A DNA stretch of 55,523 nt from Alphaproteobacteria bacterium (GTDB lineage Bacteria; Pseudomonadota; Alphaproteobacteria; Rickettsiales; UBA8987): the NCBI GenBank assembly GCA_046302855.1, contig JBKCHH010000059.1, positions 1 to 55,523 on the forward strand, given 5' to 3'. Position numbers and translations under genes: made by a program. Below are positions 9,900 to 18,133 of the stretch, piece by piece. The notes under the pieces are model-generated. The model had not been told where the DNA came from and did not search any database. It saw nothing but the letters and a program-made list of their open reading frames with translations. How positions within the stretch are numbered: position 1 is the stretch's first letter; the number at the start of each line of letters is the position of its first letter.

Positions 9900-10862
9900 A
9901 TGAGTATTTCTAAATTTATTGATGAAAATTATAAGCACTTTAACGCAGGTGCATTAAAAAGAGCCGCTGTTGCCTACAAAAAGCACCTAGAAAATGGTGG
10001 AAAAATGTTTCTAACCTTATTTGGTGCCATGAGCACCGGTGAGATTGGAATTTCCCTTGCACAGATGATAAGACAAAAAAAGGTTTGTGCCATTTCTTGC
10101 ACTGGGGCAAATTTAGAAGAAGATGTTTTTAACTTAGTTGCAAATCAGCATTATAAAATTCTTCCCAATTATCGCGACCTTTCCCCACAAGATGAGCAAG
10201 ATTTATATAATAGTGGTCATAACCGCGTTACCGATACTACCATTCCTGAAGAAAAGGCAATAGACCTAATTAGAAAAGAATGTATTGCCCTTTGGAAAAA
10301 AGCAGCAAAAGAAGGCAAAAGCTATTTGCCCCACGAATATTTTTATCAGTTAGTTTTAGATAAAACCTTTCAAAAAAAATTCACTATAGATATAAAAAAC
10401 TCTTGGATACTGGCAGCGGCGCAGCAAAATTTGCCACTTTTTGTTCCGGGTTGGGAAGATTCAACCATAGGCAATATGGCAGTTGCAAGTAAAATAAGAG
10501 GTGAGATTTCTTTTGATATTTTTAAAAGCGGGCTAGATTATATGGAAAGTTTGGTTAGCTGGTATAAAAAGGTGCAAAAAGAAAACTCTATTGGCTTTTT
10601 TCAAATAGGTGGTGGCATTGCGGGTGATTTTCCTATTTGCGTTGCTCCCTTGATAGTGCAAGATTTAGAAGAGGATGTAGGCAAATGGGGCTATTTCTGC
10701 CAAATAACTGATGCACAAGAAAGCTATGGTGGCTATAGCGGTGCCCTTCCTAATGAAAAAATCAGTTGGGGAAAGCTAGAGGTAAAAACACCAAAATTTG
10801 TTATCCATAGTGATGCTACCATAGTCGCCCCCCTAATTTTTAATTATGTACTGGGTAAATAA
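9900..10862 (+). CDS. Deoxyhypusine synthase-like protein (DHS family; possibly a homospermidine synthase-type enzyme)
   Basis: 320 aa with QIGGGIAGDF and C-terminal EKISWGKLEV, which contains the SWGK lysine motif of DHS enzymes. Confidence 0.75.
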   Translation: MSISKFIDENYKHFNAGALKRAAVAYKKHLENGGKMFLTLFGAMSTGEIGISLAQMIRQKKVCAISCTGANLEEDVFNLVANQHYKILPNYRDLSPQDEQDLYNSGHNRVTDTTIPEEKAIDLIRKECIALWKKAAKEGKSYLPHEYFYQLVLDKTFQKKFTIDIKNSWILAAAQQNLPLFVPGWEDSTIGNMAVASKIRGEISFDIFKSGLDYMESLVSWYKKVQKENSIGFFQIGGGIAGDFPICVAPLIVQDLEEDVGKWGYFCQITDAQESYGGYSGALPNEKISWGKLEVKTPKFVIHSDATIVAPLIFNYVLGK

Positions 10863-10868
10863 ACAAGG

Positions 10869-11405
10869 CTAAACTTGAAAAACATTAATCCCCTTAACGC
10901 CTAAAGGCTTTAGCAAATCCCTAACTGTTTGATTATAGGCAGAACTGGCTTTATCTGGGTGCTTCCATTCAGGATATATATCTAAAAGCGGTAGCAGAAC
11001 AAAATTTCTTTTATGCATTTCAGGGTGCGGAATTTGCAGTTTTAAACCATCGCTTTCTTCTCGTAACACCAAGTTATCCCATAAAATAATATCAATATCT
11101 ATAATTCTAGGACTCCAGTTAGAAATATTATTTACACTATCATCCAGCCTGCCCATTTTTATCTCGATATTTTTTATGTGTTTTAGTGCGTCCATTGGGG
11201 TAAAATTATAAATATTATCTACCGCTACTGCCATATTTAAAAAATCCTTATCCCAAGAAGAAGGGGCGTTGTTTTTAAGCATCGCTTTAGATTCGTAAAG
11301 TTGCGAAATTTCTAAAATATCGAATATTTCGCTAAGCAAAGTTATTGCTAGCTCTATATTTTCTAGGCGATTTTTTAAGTTGGTGCCAAGCCCTAATATT
11401 ATCAT
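10869..11405 (-). CDS. folK: 2-amino-4-hydroxy-6-hydroxymethyldihydropteridine diphosphokinase (HPPK)
   Basis: 178 aa with IDIDIILWD and HPEMHKRNFVLLPL. Confidence 0.88.
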   Translation of the reverse strand: MIILGLGTNLKNRLENIELAITLLSEIFDILEISQLYESKAMLKNNAPSSWDKDFLNMAVAVDNIYNFTPMDALKHIKNIEIKMGRLDDSVNNISNWSPRIIDIDIILWDNLVLREESDGLKLQIPHPEMHKRNFVLLPLLDIYPEWKHPDKASSAYNQTVRDLLKPLGVKGINVFQV

Positions 11406-11472
11406 GACTATAATTTTCTTACTTGTAAAAAAACGCTCCCAAGAATATATAGGGCAAAATTATTTTAATTCT

Positions 11473-12213
11473 ATGTTAGATTTTACTGATAAAAATATTC
11501 TAATTACTGGAGCAAGTGGCGGCATAGGCAAGGCAATTTGCCAAAAATTCGCTCTGCTTAATGCCAATTTAATAGTTTCTGGCACAAGCAGTGCTAAGTT
11601 AGATAGCTTAAAAAATGAACTAAATTACAATAAAATTGTTGCCATCCCCGCTAACCTTGAAAATACGGCGGAAATAGAAAATCTAGTAAAACAGGCAAAT
11701 GATGCCTTTGGTGGGCTAGATGCGGTAATTTGCAATGCTGGCATTACCAAAGATAACCTTGCCCTTAGAATGAGCGAGGAAGATTTTTTAAAGGTTCTAA
11801 ACATCAATTTAGTTTCTGCCTTTTCACTGGCTAAAAACTCTATAAAAATAATGATGAAAAAAAGGGCGGGGAAAATAATATTTATTTCCTCCGTAGTAGC
11901 AAGCCTTGGCAATGCGGGCCAAGCAAACTATGTGGCATCAAAGGCTGGGTTAGAAGGCATGTGCAGAAGTTTAGCCCTAGAGGTTGCCTCGCGTGGTATA
12001 AACATTAATTCAATAGCCCCCGGTTTTATTGAAACTGAAATGACGCAAAAACTCCCCCCCGAAATAAAACAAAAGATGATGGATAGAATTCCACTAGGCT
12101 ACTTTGCTAACCCTAGTGTGGTAGCAGATTCTTGCCTATTTTTAGCCTCTAACTTGGCAAGCTATATAACTGGGCAAACAATTCATGTAAACGGTGGGAT
12201 GGTAATGAAATGA
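11473..12213 (+). CDS. fabG: 3-oxoacyl-[acyl-carrier-protein] reductase
   Basis: Contains TGASGGIGKA, NAGI, and YVASKAG (YxxxK). I chose the ATG at 11473 (MLDFTDKNILITG) because the longer ORF from 11380 overlaps folK. Confidence 0.9.
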   Translation: MLDFTDKNILITGASGGIGKAICQKFALLNANLIVSGTSSAKLDSLKNELNYNKIVAIPANLENTAEIENLVKQANDAFGGLDAVICNAGITKDNLALRMSEEDFLKVLNINLVSAFSLAKNSIKIMMKKRAGKIIFISSVVASLGNAGQANYVASKAGLEGMCRSLALEVASRGININSIAPGFIETEMTQKLPPEIKQKMMDRIPLGYFANPSVVADSCLFLASNLASYITGQTIHVNGGMVMK

Positions 12214-12572
12214 CCTTACTTCATCTGCTAAAATGCAAACTGCACAGTGTTACAGTAACTGATTCTAACCTTGAATATGAAGGTTCAGTGGCAATAGATA
12301 AGGATTTTCTCAATAAATCTGGCTTAATTGCTAATGAAAGGGTGGAGATTTATAACATCACCAATGGTGAACGCTTTGCCACCTATGTAATTGAGGCAGA
12401 AAAGGGTAGCAAAACCATTGGTATTCAAGGGGCGGCCGCTCACAAGGCAAAAAAGGGCGATAAGGTAATAATCTGTAGTTATTTTCTAATAAAAGAATCA
12501 AAGGCCAAAAAGCATAAGCCTTTAAAGGTATTTTTTGATAATAAAAATAATATTACGAGGGTGGAGAAGTAG
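12210..12572 (+). CDS. panD: Aspartate 1-decarboxylase
   Basis: Contains LKCKLHSVTVTDSNLEYEGSVAID with the Gly-Ser self-cleavage site. 120 aa. Confidence 0.92.
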   Translation: MTLLHLLKCKLHSVTVTDSNLEYEGSVAIDKDFLNKSGLIANERVEIYNITNGERFATYVIEAEKGSKTIGIQGAAAHKAKKGDKVIICSYFLIKESKAKKHKPLKVFFDNKNNITRVEK

Positions 12573-12701
12573 AGGTTTAGGGTGTTTTACAATTACAATC
12601 TATATTTTTAGAACACTCGCAAGGCTCTAGGCTATTTCATATTGCCAAGCAGAAAAAAATAAGTAGTATCCGCCTCAAAAAAAAGTTCCCTAAGCATACT
12701 T

Positions 12702-14045
12702 ATGCCTAAAGTATTTATAAAAACCTATGGTTGCCAGATGAATGTTTATGATTCTGATAAAATGGCAGATATTATGCTTTCACAGGGTTTTGAGCTAAGT
12801 AATGATGTATCAGTAAGTGATTTGGTAATTTTAAACACCTGCCATATTCGTGAAAAGGCATCTGAAAAAATCTATTCTGAATTGGGGCAGATAAAAAAAC
12901 ACAAAAACGCTTTAAAAAAGCAGGGCAAGCAAATGGTTATTGCCGTTGCAGGATGCGTGGCGCAAGCAGAAGGGGCAGAGATTATAAAAAGATCGCCCCA
13001 AGTAGATATAGTTGTTGGCTCACAAGCCTATAACCGCTTACCACAAATGGTTTCGCGTGCTTTTAAAAATGAAAAATCAGTTGAGCTAGATTTTTCGGTA
13101 GAAGAAAAATTTGATTTTATTCCACAAGAGCTAGAAAAAAACTCTATAGCAAAAAGCCCAGTTGCCTTTTTAACCATTCAAGAGGGTTGCGATAAGTTCT
13201 GTAGCTTTTGCGTTGTTCCCTATACTAGGGGGGCGGAATATTCAAGAAATCCAAATGAAATTTATAAGGAGGCTGAAAGGCTAGTAAACAATGGTGCCGT
13301 TGAAATTTCTTTGCTTGGACAAAATGTTAATGCCTATAAAGGATTAGTGAGTGTGGATGGCGAAAAAAAGGAATTTAACCTATCGCAATTAATTGATTTA
13401 TTGGCGAAAATCCCAAACCTTAAGCGAATTCGCTATACTACCTCCCACCCAGTGGATATGACACAAGACCTAATTCTTGCCCACAAAAACCAACCCAAGC
13501 TAATGCCATCCTTGCATCTACCAGTGCAGAGCGGTTCAAACAAGGTGCTAAAAGAAATGAATCGCAAGCATAAAAGGGAATATTATTTGGATGTAATAGC
13601 GGATTTGCGAAAAGCCTGCCCAGAAATTATGTTTTCCTCTGATTTTATTGTGGGCTTCCCTAGCGAAACTGAGGCAGATTTTGCCGATACGCTAGATTTA
13701 ATTGAAAAGGTTGGCTTTGCCCAAAGCTACTATTTTAAATATTCCGCCAGACCTGGCACGCCAGCTAGCGAGATGGCAGAGATTTCAACGGAAGAAAAAG
13801 ATAAAAGGCTAGCCATTTTACAAAAACTGTTAAGGGGTCAACAGGAACATTACTTAAAAATTTGCGTGGGTAAAACCATGCCAGTTCTGTTTGAAAAAAA
13901 GGGCAAGTATGCAGGGCAGGTGGTTGGCAAGAACCAATATAATCAATCTGTTCACGCAATTGGCGATGAAAATATTATTGGACAAGTTTTGCAAACTAAA
14001 ATAGTAAATAGTTCTAGCAATACCTTAACCGGAGTTATCTTATAA
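12702..14045 (+). CDS. miaB: tRNA-2-methylthio-N6-dimethylallyladenosine synthase
   Basis: Contains TYGCQMN, the radical-SAM motif CDKFCSFCVVPYTRG, and a C-terminal TRAM domain. Confidence 0.93.
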   Translation: MPKVFIKTYGCQMNVYDSDKMADIMLSQGFELSNDVSVSDLVILNTCHIREKASEKIYSELGQIKKHKNALKKQGKQMVIAVAGCVAQAEGAEIIKRSPQVDIVVGSQAYNRLPQMVSRAFKNEKSVELDFSVEEKFDFIPQELEKNSIAKSPVAFLTIQEGCDKFCSFCVVPYTRGAEYSRNPNEIYKEAERLVNNGAVEISLLGQNVNAYKGLVSVDGEKKEFNLSQLIDLLAKIPNLKRIRYTTSHPVDMTQDLILAHKNQPKLMPSLHLPVQSGSNKVLKEMNRKHKREYYLDVIADLRKACPEIMFSSDFIVGFPSETEADFADTLDLIEKVGFAQSYYFKYSARPGTPASEMAEISTEEKDKRLAILQKLLRGQQEHYLKICVGKTMPVLFEKKGKYAGQVVGKNQYNQSVHAIGDENIIGQVLQTKIVNSSSNTLTGVIL

Positions 14046-14401
14046 TGTCTCTAGTTGGAACAAAAATCTATAGCCTGTTTTTTGGCACCCTTGTTGGAAA
14101 GGATGAGCTTGGCAATAGATATTACAAATCTAGAAGCCACATTGGTTTTAGGGTTGGCAAGCCAAATAGTGAAAGAAGGTGGGTAATTTATAATGGGCTA
14201 GAAGAGCCATCAAAAATCTCGCAAAAGTGGCATGGCTGGTTACACCATATAGATGATAAGATATTAAACGAGGCAAGCGAAATTCCCTTTACCGAAGAAC
14301 ATCAAGCAAATTTAACTGGCACAACTAACGCCTATCAACCCTCTGGGTTAAATGGTAAAAGAGATAGGGCAACGGGCGATTATACTGCTTGGAAACCTTG
14401 A
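14045..14401 (+). CDS. NADH:ubiquinone oxidoreductase subunit NDUFA12-like protein
   Basis: 118 aa with GKDELGNRYYKS and RRWVIYNG...WHGWLHH. The start overlaps the miaB stop (TAATG). Confidence 0.82.
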   Translation: MSLVGTKIYSLFFGTLVGKDELGNRYYKSRSHIGFRVGKPNSERRWVIYNGLEEPSKISQKWHGWLHHIDDKILNEASEIPFTEEHQANLTGTTNAYQPSGLNGKRDRATGDYTAWKP

Positions 14402-14481
14402 AATAGCAAAAAACCTTGCAACTGATAATTATATTACTATATAAGCCCATAAATATTTGTCTTACAGTAAGTATATAAAAT

Positions 14482-15207
14482 ATGCCTGAAGTTTTAATTA
14501 ATGGTCCAGACGGTAAGTTAGAGGGAAAATATTATCACTCACAAATAAAAAATGCACCGGTTGCTTTGGTTTTGCATCCTAACCCTCAGCATGGGGGCAA
14601 TATGAATAACAAGGTTGCCTATACTCTTTATAAGGTTTTTGCTAAAAATGGTTTTTCAGTTCTAAGGTTTAACTTTAGAGGGGTGGGTAAAAGCCAAGGC
14701 AAGTTTGATGATGGGGTGGGTGAGCTTTCAGATGCCTCTTCCGCTATGGATTGGCTTCAACAGTATAATCAAGATGCTTTAACCTATTGGATATCTGGCT
14801 TTTCATTTGGCGCTTGGCTTTCTATGCAACTTTTAATGCGTAGGCCTGAAATTGAGCGGTTTGTTGCCGTTTCGCCCCCTGCTAACATGTATGATTTTAG
14901 CTTTCTTTCACCCTGCCCTAGAAACGGATTTATAATTCAAGGGGATACTGATAGTATCGTAGATGAATCTTCCGTTACAAAACTCCACAATAACCTAAAG
15001 AATCAAAAAAGGGTTGAAGTTGATTATGAAATTATTAAAGGTGCTGACCATTTCTTTAGAGATAAGCTAGAAGATCTAGAAGAAATAATAGATGATTATG
15101 TAAAGCAAGAAATGGGGGCAATTTTTGAGCGTGGCGTTGTCCGCCCCGGTAGAAGAAGAAGGCAGGTGAAGAAAAAACGCCTAGAAGAGGCAAGTTCTAA
15201 TAACTAA
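14482..15207 (+). CDS. Alpha/beta hydrolase (COG2945-like) with a basic C-terminal tail
   Basis: Contains LVLHPNPQHGGNMNNKV, the nucleophile elbow GFSFGAW, and the tail RPGRRRRQVKKKR. Confidence 0.75.
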   Translation: MPEVLINGPDGKLEGKYYHSQIKNAPVALVLHPNPQHGGNMNNKVAYTLYKVFAKNGFSVLRFNFRGVGKSQGKFDDGVGELSDASSAMDWLQQYNQDALTYWISGFSFGAWLSMQLLMRRPEIERFVAVSPPANMYDFSFLSPCPRNGFIIQGDTDSIVDESSVTKLHNNLKNQKRVEVDYEIIKGADHFFRDKLEDLEEIIDDYVKQEMGAIFERGVVRPGRRRRQVKKKRLEEASSNN

Positions 15208-15277
15208 AGCCTATAATACCAATCATCATAAATAAGTATACAGATAGCTTAAGAAAGTTGTTAAATTAGGAAAACCC

Positions 15278-15406
15278 GTCATTGCGAGCGAGAGCTTTGC
15301 TCGAAGCGTGGCAATCCACAAAAATGGCGTTTCTTGAGAAAATACCTGAAATCCAAGCTCTGCCTTGTTTATGGATTGCTTTGTCGCTACGCTCCTCGCA
15401 ATGACG
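15278..15406 (+). repeat. Family-A RPE-like palindromic element, copy A1
   Basis: Terminal inverted repeats cgtcattgcgagcgagagc / gctcctcgcaatgacg and inner pair gcaatcca/tggattgc. It aligns with 43311-43451 and 50565-50711. Confidence 0.88.
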
Positions 15407-15456
15407 ATATGCCTAGATTTGTATACTTCTTTTAAATGATTAGTATAACTAAATCC

Positions 15457-15485
15457 TTGAAATTATAAGTTTTGTTTGTCATAAT
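15457..15485 (+). promoter_or_regulatory. Putative sigma-70 promoter of the Rrf2/IscR gene
   Basis: TTGAAA, a 17-nt spacer, then CATAAT, ending 27 nt before the ATG. Confidence 0.35.
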
Positions 15486-15511
15486 AACCCCATAAAGAAT
15501 AAGGTTATTAT
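15481..15511. promoter_or_regulatory. Perfect 9-bp inverted repeat (ATAATAACC-N13-GGTTATTAT) spanning the -10 box and RBS of the Rrf2 gene
   Basis: Read directly from the sequence. The left arm overlaps the predicted -10 and the right arm covers AAGG and abuts the ATG at 15512. Confidence 0.45.
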
Positions 15512-15922
15512 ATGATGTTAACCACAAGGGGTAGATATGCGGTAATGGCAATGGCAGATATGGCCTTGCATCACAAAAAAAATCAAAAGCCTTTAAAACT
15601 ACAAGAGATTTCTACTAGGCAAAACATTGCCCTTTCTTACTTAGAGCAGATATTTTCACTACTTAAATCTGCTAATTTAGTTGGCGCTATTAAAGGGCCA
15701 GGGGGAGGGTATTTTTTAAATAAAGAGCCAGATAAAATATCTGTTGCAGATATTATAATGGCAGTTGATGAGCCTATAAAAATGACAAGATGCGAAATAG
15801 AAAAACTAGATGGTTGCGGGCATAAAAAGGGTAAATGCTTAACTCATAATTTGTGGAATGGGTTATCTAACGAAATAGGTAAGTATTTTGCCTCTAAAAA
15901 TTTAGATGATCTAGTGCAATAA
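15512..15922 (+). CDS. iscR: Rrf2-family Fe-S cluster-binding transcriptional regulator (IscR-like)
   Basis: Contains TTRGRYAVMAMADMAL, an HTH, and a three-Cys cluster (C-x8-C-x5-C-x2-H: TRCEIEKLDGCGHKKGKCLTH). No isc genes follow it. Confidence 0.8.
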   Translation: MMLTTRGRYAVMAMADMALHHKKNQKPLKLQEISTRQNIALSYLEQIFSLLKSANLVGAIKGPGGGYFLNKEPDKISVADIIMAVDEPIKMTRCEIEKLDGCGHKKGKCLTHNLWNGLSNEIGKYFASKNLDDLVQ

Positions 15923-15934
15923 TTGGTTTAATAG

Positions 15935-16714
15935 TTAGCAACTAAAGCTACCAGATATTCCAACTAATCCAGCGATAATGGAAGAAAATTTTACCGCACC
16001 AAACATTATTACTATAGAAAAGGCAACGATAAACACATTCACCCAGCTTAATTTACCCATAAAGGCAGTAATACCTAAAATGAATATGGCAATGGTGGCT
16101 ATACCAGTTCCAAGCTTTCCTTGTAATACTGTAGCGAAATTACAAAGAATGGTTTTAGCATTGGTGAAACCAATAACACCGGTAGTAGCTGTAGTGCCAG
16201 CACTTAATGTAGCATTGCTAACATCAACTCCACTTAATTTAGATTTTGCTCCGCCAATAACTTGTGAATCATCTGTAGGATTAATATTACTTAAGGTTTT
16301 AGCTACAAGAGCATTTTTTTCTTGCTCTGAAAAACTCAAGAACTTTTTAACCTCTTCTGCACTACTACCCTGTTTTACAGTGCTAGAAAAAGCAACCTTT
16401 GATAGGCTTTTGTTCACCTGAACCATAGGGTCTTTAAACTTATCAATATTTACCACCCCTGAAGAATCTATACAGGTGCCATTTGCTTTATTACAAGAGG
16501 TTATATCTTTACTAACTTCTTTTGGAATACAAACTACTGATGGGGCTTCTTTATTAGAAGTATCTGCCACCAATACACTTTTATCATCACATCTTATACA
16601 TTCAGATTTACCATTATAAACGCTTAGATAAAAGCCATCAACGCCACAAACGGCAGAGGCATTAGCAGTAAAACCAAAACCCAAAATTAATAAAATGCTA
16701 AAAATTCTAAACAT
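15935..16714 (-). CDS. VirB2/TrbC-like pilin domain fused to a ~170-aa secreted Cys-rich N-terminal extension
   Basis: Has a signal peptide (MFRIFSILLILGFGFTANASA), a 6-Cys module and a Ser/Thr/Gly-rich linker. The C-terminal 70 aa align with the two downstream pilin paralogues (GITAFMGKLSWVNVFIVAFSIVIMFG). Confidence 0.6.
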   Translation of the reverse strand: MFRIFSILLILGFGFTANASAVCGVDGFYLSVYNGKSECIRCDDKSVLVADTSNKEAPSVVCIPKEVSKDITSCNKANGTCIDSSGVVNIDKFKDPMVQVNKSLSKVAFSSTVKQGSSAEEVKKFLSFSEQEKNALVAKTLSNINPTDDSQVIGGAKSKLSGVDVSNATLSAGTTATTGVIGFTNAKTILCNFATVLQGKLGTGIATIAIFILGITAFMGKLSWVNVFIVAFSIVIMFGAVKFSSIIAGLVGISGSFSC

Positions 16715-16777
16715 AAAAAATACCTTAAATTATTACTTTATTATACCTTAAACTTGTTAAGAATAGGTTAAGATTAG

Positions 16778-17125
16778 TTAACAAGCAACTGGTGCTTTAA
16801 AACCAGCAGCTGAAGAAATAGCCTTTAAAATTGGCATAATGCCAAAAATTAAAAAAATTCCTAAAGTTACTATTAGCACCGTTGCCCAATCTAACTTACC
16901 TAAAAAGGCTCTTGTTCCCATAATTACTAACCCAACCGTTACCATAGCCTTAGCTATATCAGAGGTTAAGGCGGTAGCTATTGCACATACTACATTTGCC
17001 AGTGGTTCAAATAGATTAGCTGCAAATAAATCCTTAGCATCAAATAAAAACAATACCAATACTGTTAGCCAAATGAATTTGTTTTTAGAGGGCATAGATT
17101 TAAGATGTTGGGCAAGTAGCATCAT
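16778..17125 (-). CDS. VirB2/TrbC-family type IV secretion pilin paralogue
   Basis: Has a signal peptide, two hydrophobic helices, and the motif GTRAFLGKLDWATVLIV. The likely true start is the ATG at 17095 (MPSKNKF...). Confidence 0.7.
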   Translation of the reverse strand: MMLLAQHLKSMPSKNKFIWLTVLVLFLFDAKDLFAANLFEPLANVVCAIATALTSDIAKAMVTVGLVIMGTRAFLGKLDWATVLIVTLGIFLIFGIMPILKAISSAAGFKAPVAC

Positions 17126-17423
17126 AGTTTGCTATTCCAGCAAAACTTACTATGGTTTTTATCAAAGGTACAAAACCAAATACTATAAATACACCAAGGG
17201 CTACTATTAAAACTGTTGGCCAATCTAACTTGCCTATAAAGGCCCTTGCCCCTAAAAATACTATCCCAATAGTAGCTATTGCCTTTGCTATATTACCACT
17301 AACAACATTTGCTACCGCACAAGCTAATTTTTCTACTCCACCAAAATCCGCCGCATAAATATGGGTTGGATATATAGCCAAAAAAATAACTGCTACAAAA
17401 AATATATATAGGTTTTTATTCAT
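17100..17423 (-). CDS. VirB2/TrbC-family type IV secretion pilin paralogue
   Basis: 107 aa with a signal peptide ending IYA/AD, GARAFIGKLDWPTVLIVALGVFIVFG, and the same architecture as A. tumefaciens VirB2. Confidence 0.72.
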   Translation of the reverse strand: MNKNLYIFFVAVIFLAIYPTHIYAADFGGVEKLACAVANVVSGNIAKAIATIGIVFLGARAFIGKLDWPTVLIVALGVFIVFGFVPLIKTIVSFAGIANYDATCPTS

Positions 17424-17489
17424 AAATTATTAACTTGTTTACTATTTTATAACTATACTATTAAACTTTTATTATAAATACAGTTTTTT

Positions 17490-18131
17490 ATGAATTGGTT
17501 AAGAGATGTTTTATATAATCTGTTAAGGATGTTTCTTTATGTGGCTTTAAGGATAATATATCGCATTGAATATGTTGGTTTTGAAAAATTGCCCAAAAAT
17601 GGCCCTGCCTTAATTGTTGCTAACCACCTTTCCTATATGGATTCGCAGGCTATTTTAGCTAGAATTTCTAGGCCCATTTCTTTTATAGTTTATAAAAAAA
17701 TATTCTACATACCGCTTATTTACCCTTTGATGAAACTAAGTCGCTCCATTCCTATCGAAGCCCACAAAAAAGATGTCACAATGGCTATTAATCAAGTAGA
17801 TAGACTGTTAACTGAGGGGCATTTGGTATGTATCTTCCCAGAAGGGACAATGTCTTACACGGGCAATATGAAAAGGTTTAAGTTAGGCGTTGAGTGGATT
17901 TTAGAAAAAAATCCAGTTCCTGTTTACCCAATTGCTATTCAAGGTTTTTGGGGTTCTATGTGGAGCAGAAAGTATCAAGGCAAATGGTATCGCTGGTTAC
18001 CAAAGGATTTTAGACGGAGCATAGTTTTAAGAATGGGCAGACCCATAAAGCCAGAGCTTGCCAAAATTAACCATCTGCAACAGGTATTGATGGAGCTAAA
18101 GGATGATGAGCAGTATATTAGATGGGTGTAA
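17490..18131 (+). CDS. 1-acyl-sn-glycerol-3-phosphate acyltransferase family protein
   Basis: Contains the HX4D motif NHLSYMD and FPEGT. 213 aa. Confidence 0.8.
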   Translation: MNWLRDVLYNLLRMFLYVALRIIYRIEYVGFEKLPKNGPALIVANHLSYMDSQAILARISRPISFIVYKKIFYIPLIYPLMKLSRSIPIEAHKKDVTMAINQVDRLLTEGHLVCIFPEGTMSYTGNMKRFKLGVEWILEKNPVPVYPIAIQGFWGSMWSRKYQGKWYRWLPKDFRRSIVLRMGRPIKPELAKINHLQQVLMELKDDEQYIRWV

Positions 18132-18133
18132 TG

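Noticed and set aside
11380-11472. N-terminal extensions of three ORFs: fabG (from 11380), folE (to 42191) and pdhC (to 54034).
   Set aside because: The extensions overlap neighbouring genes or add non-conserved residues. Internal ATGs at 11473, 42071 and 53983 give N-termini that match the families ([35 protein letters not shown]).
15978-17358. Plus-strand ORFs 15978-16421, 16839-17210 and 17152-17358, which lie opposite the pilin genes.
   Set aside because: They are antisense shadows of the minus-strand VirB2-like genes. Their translations are low-complexity and have no motifs. The minus-strand products have signal peptides and mutually conserved cores.
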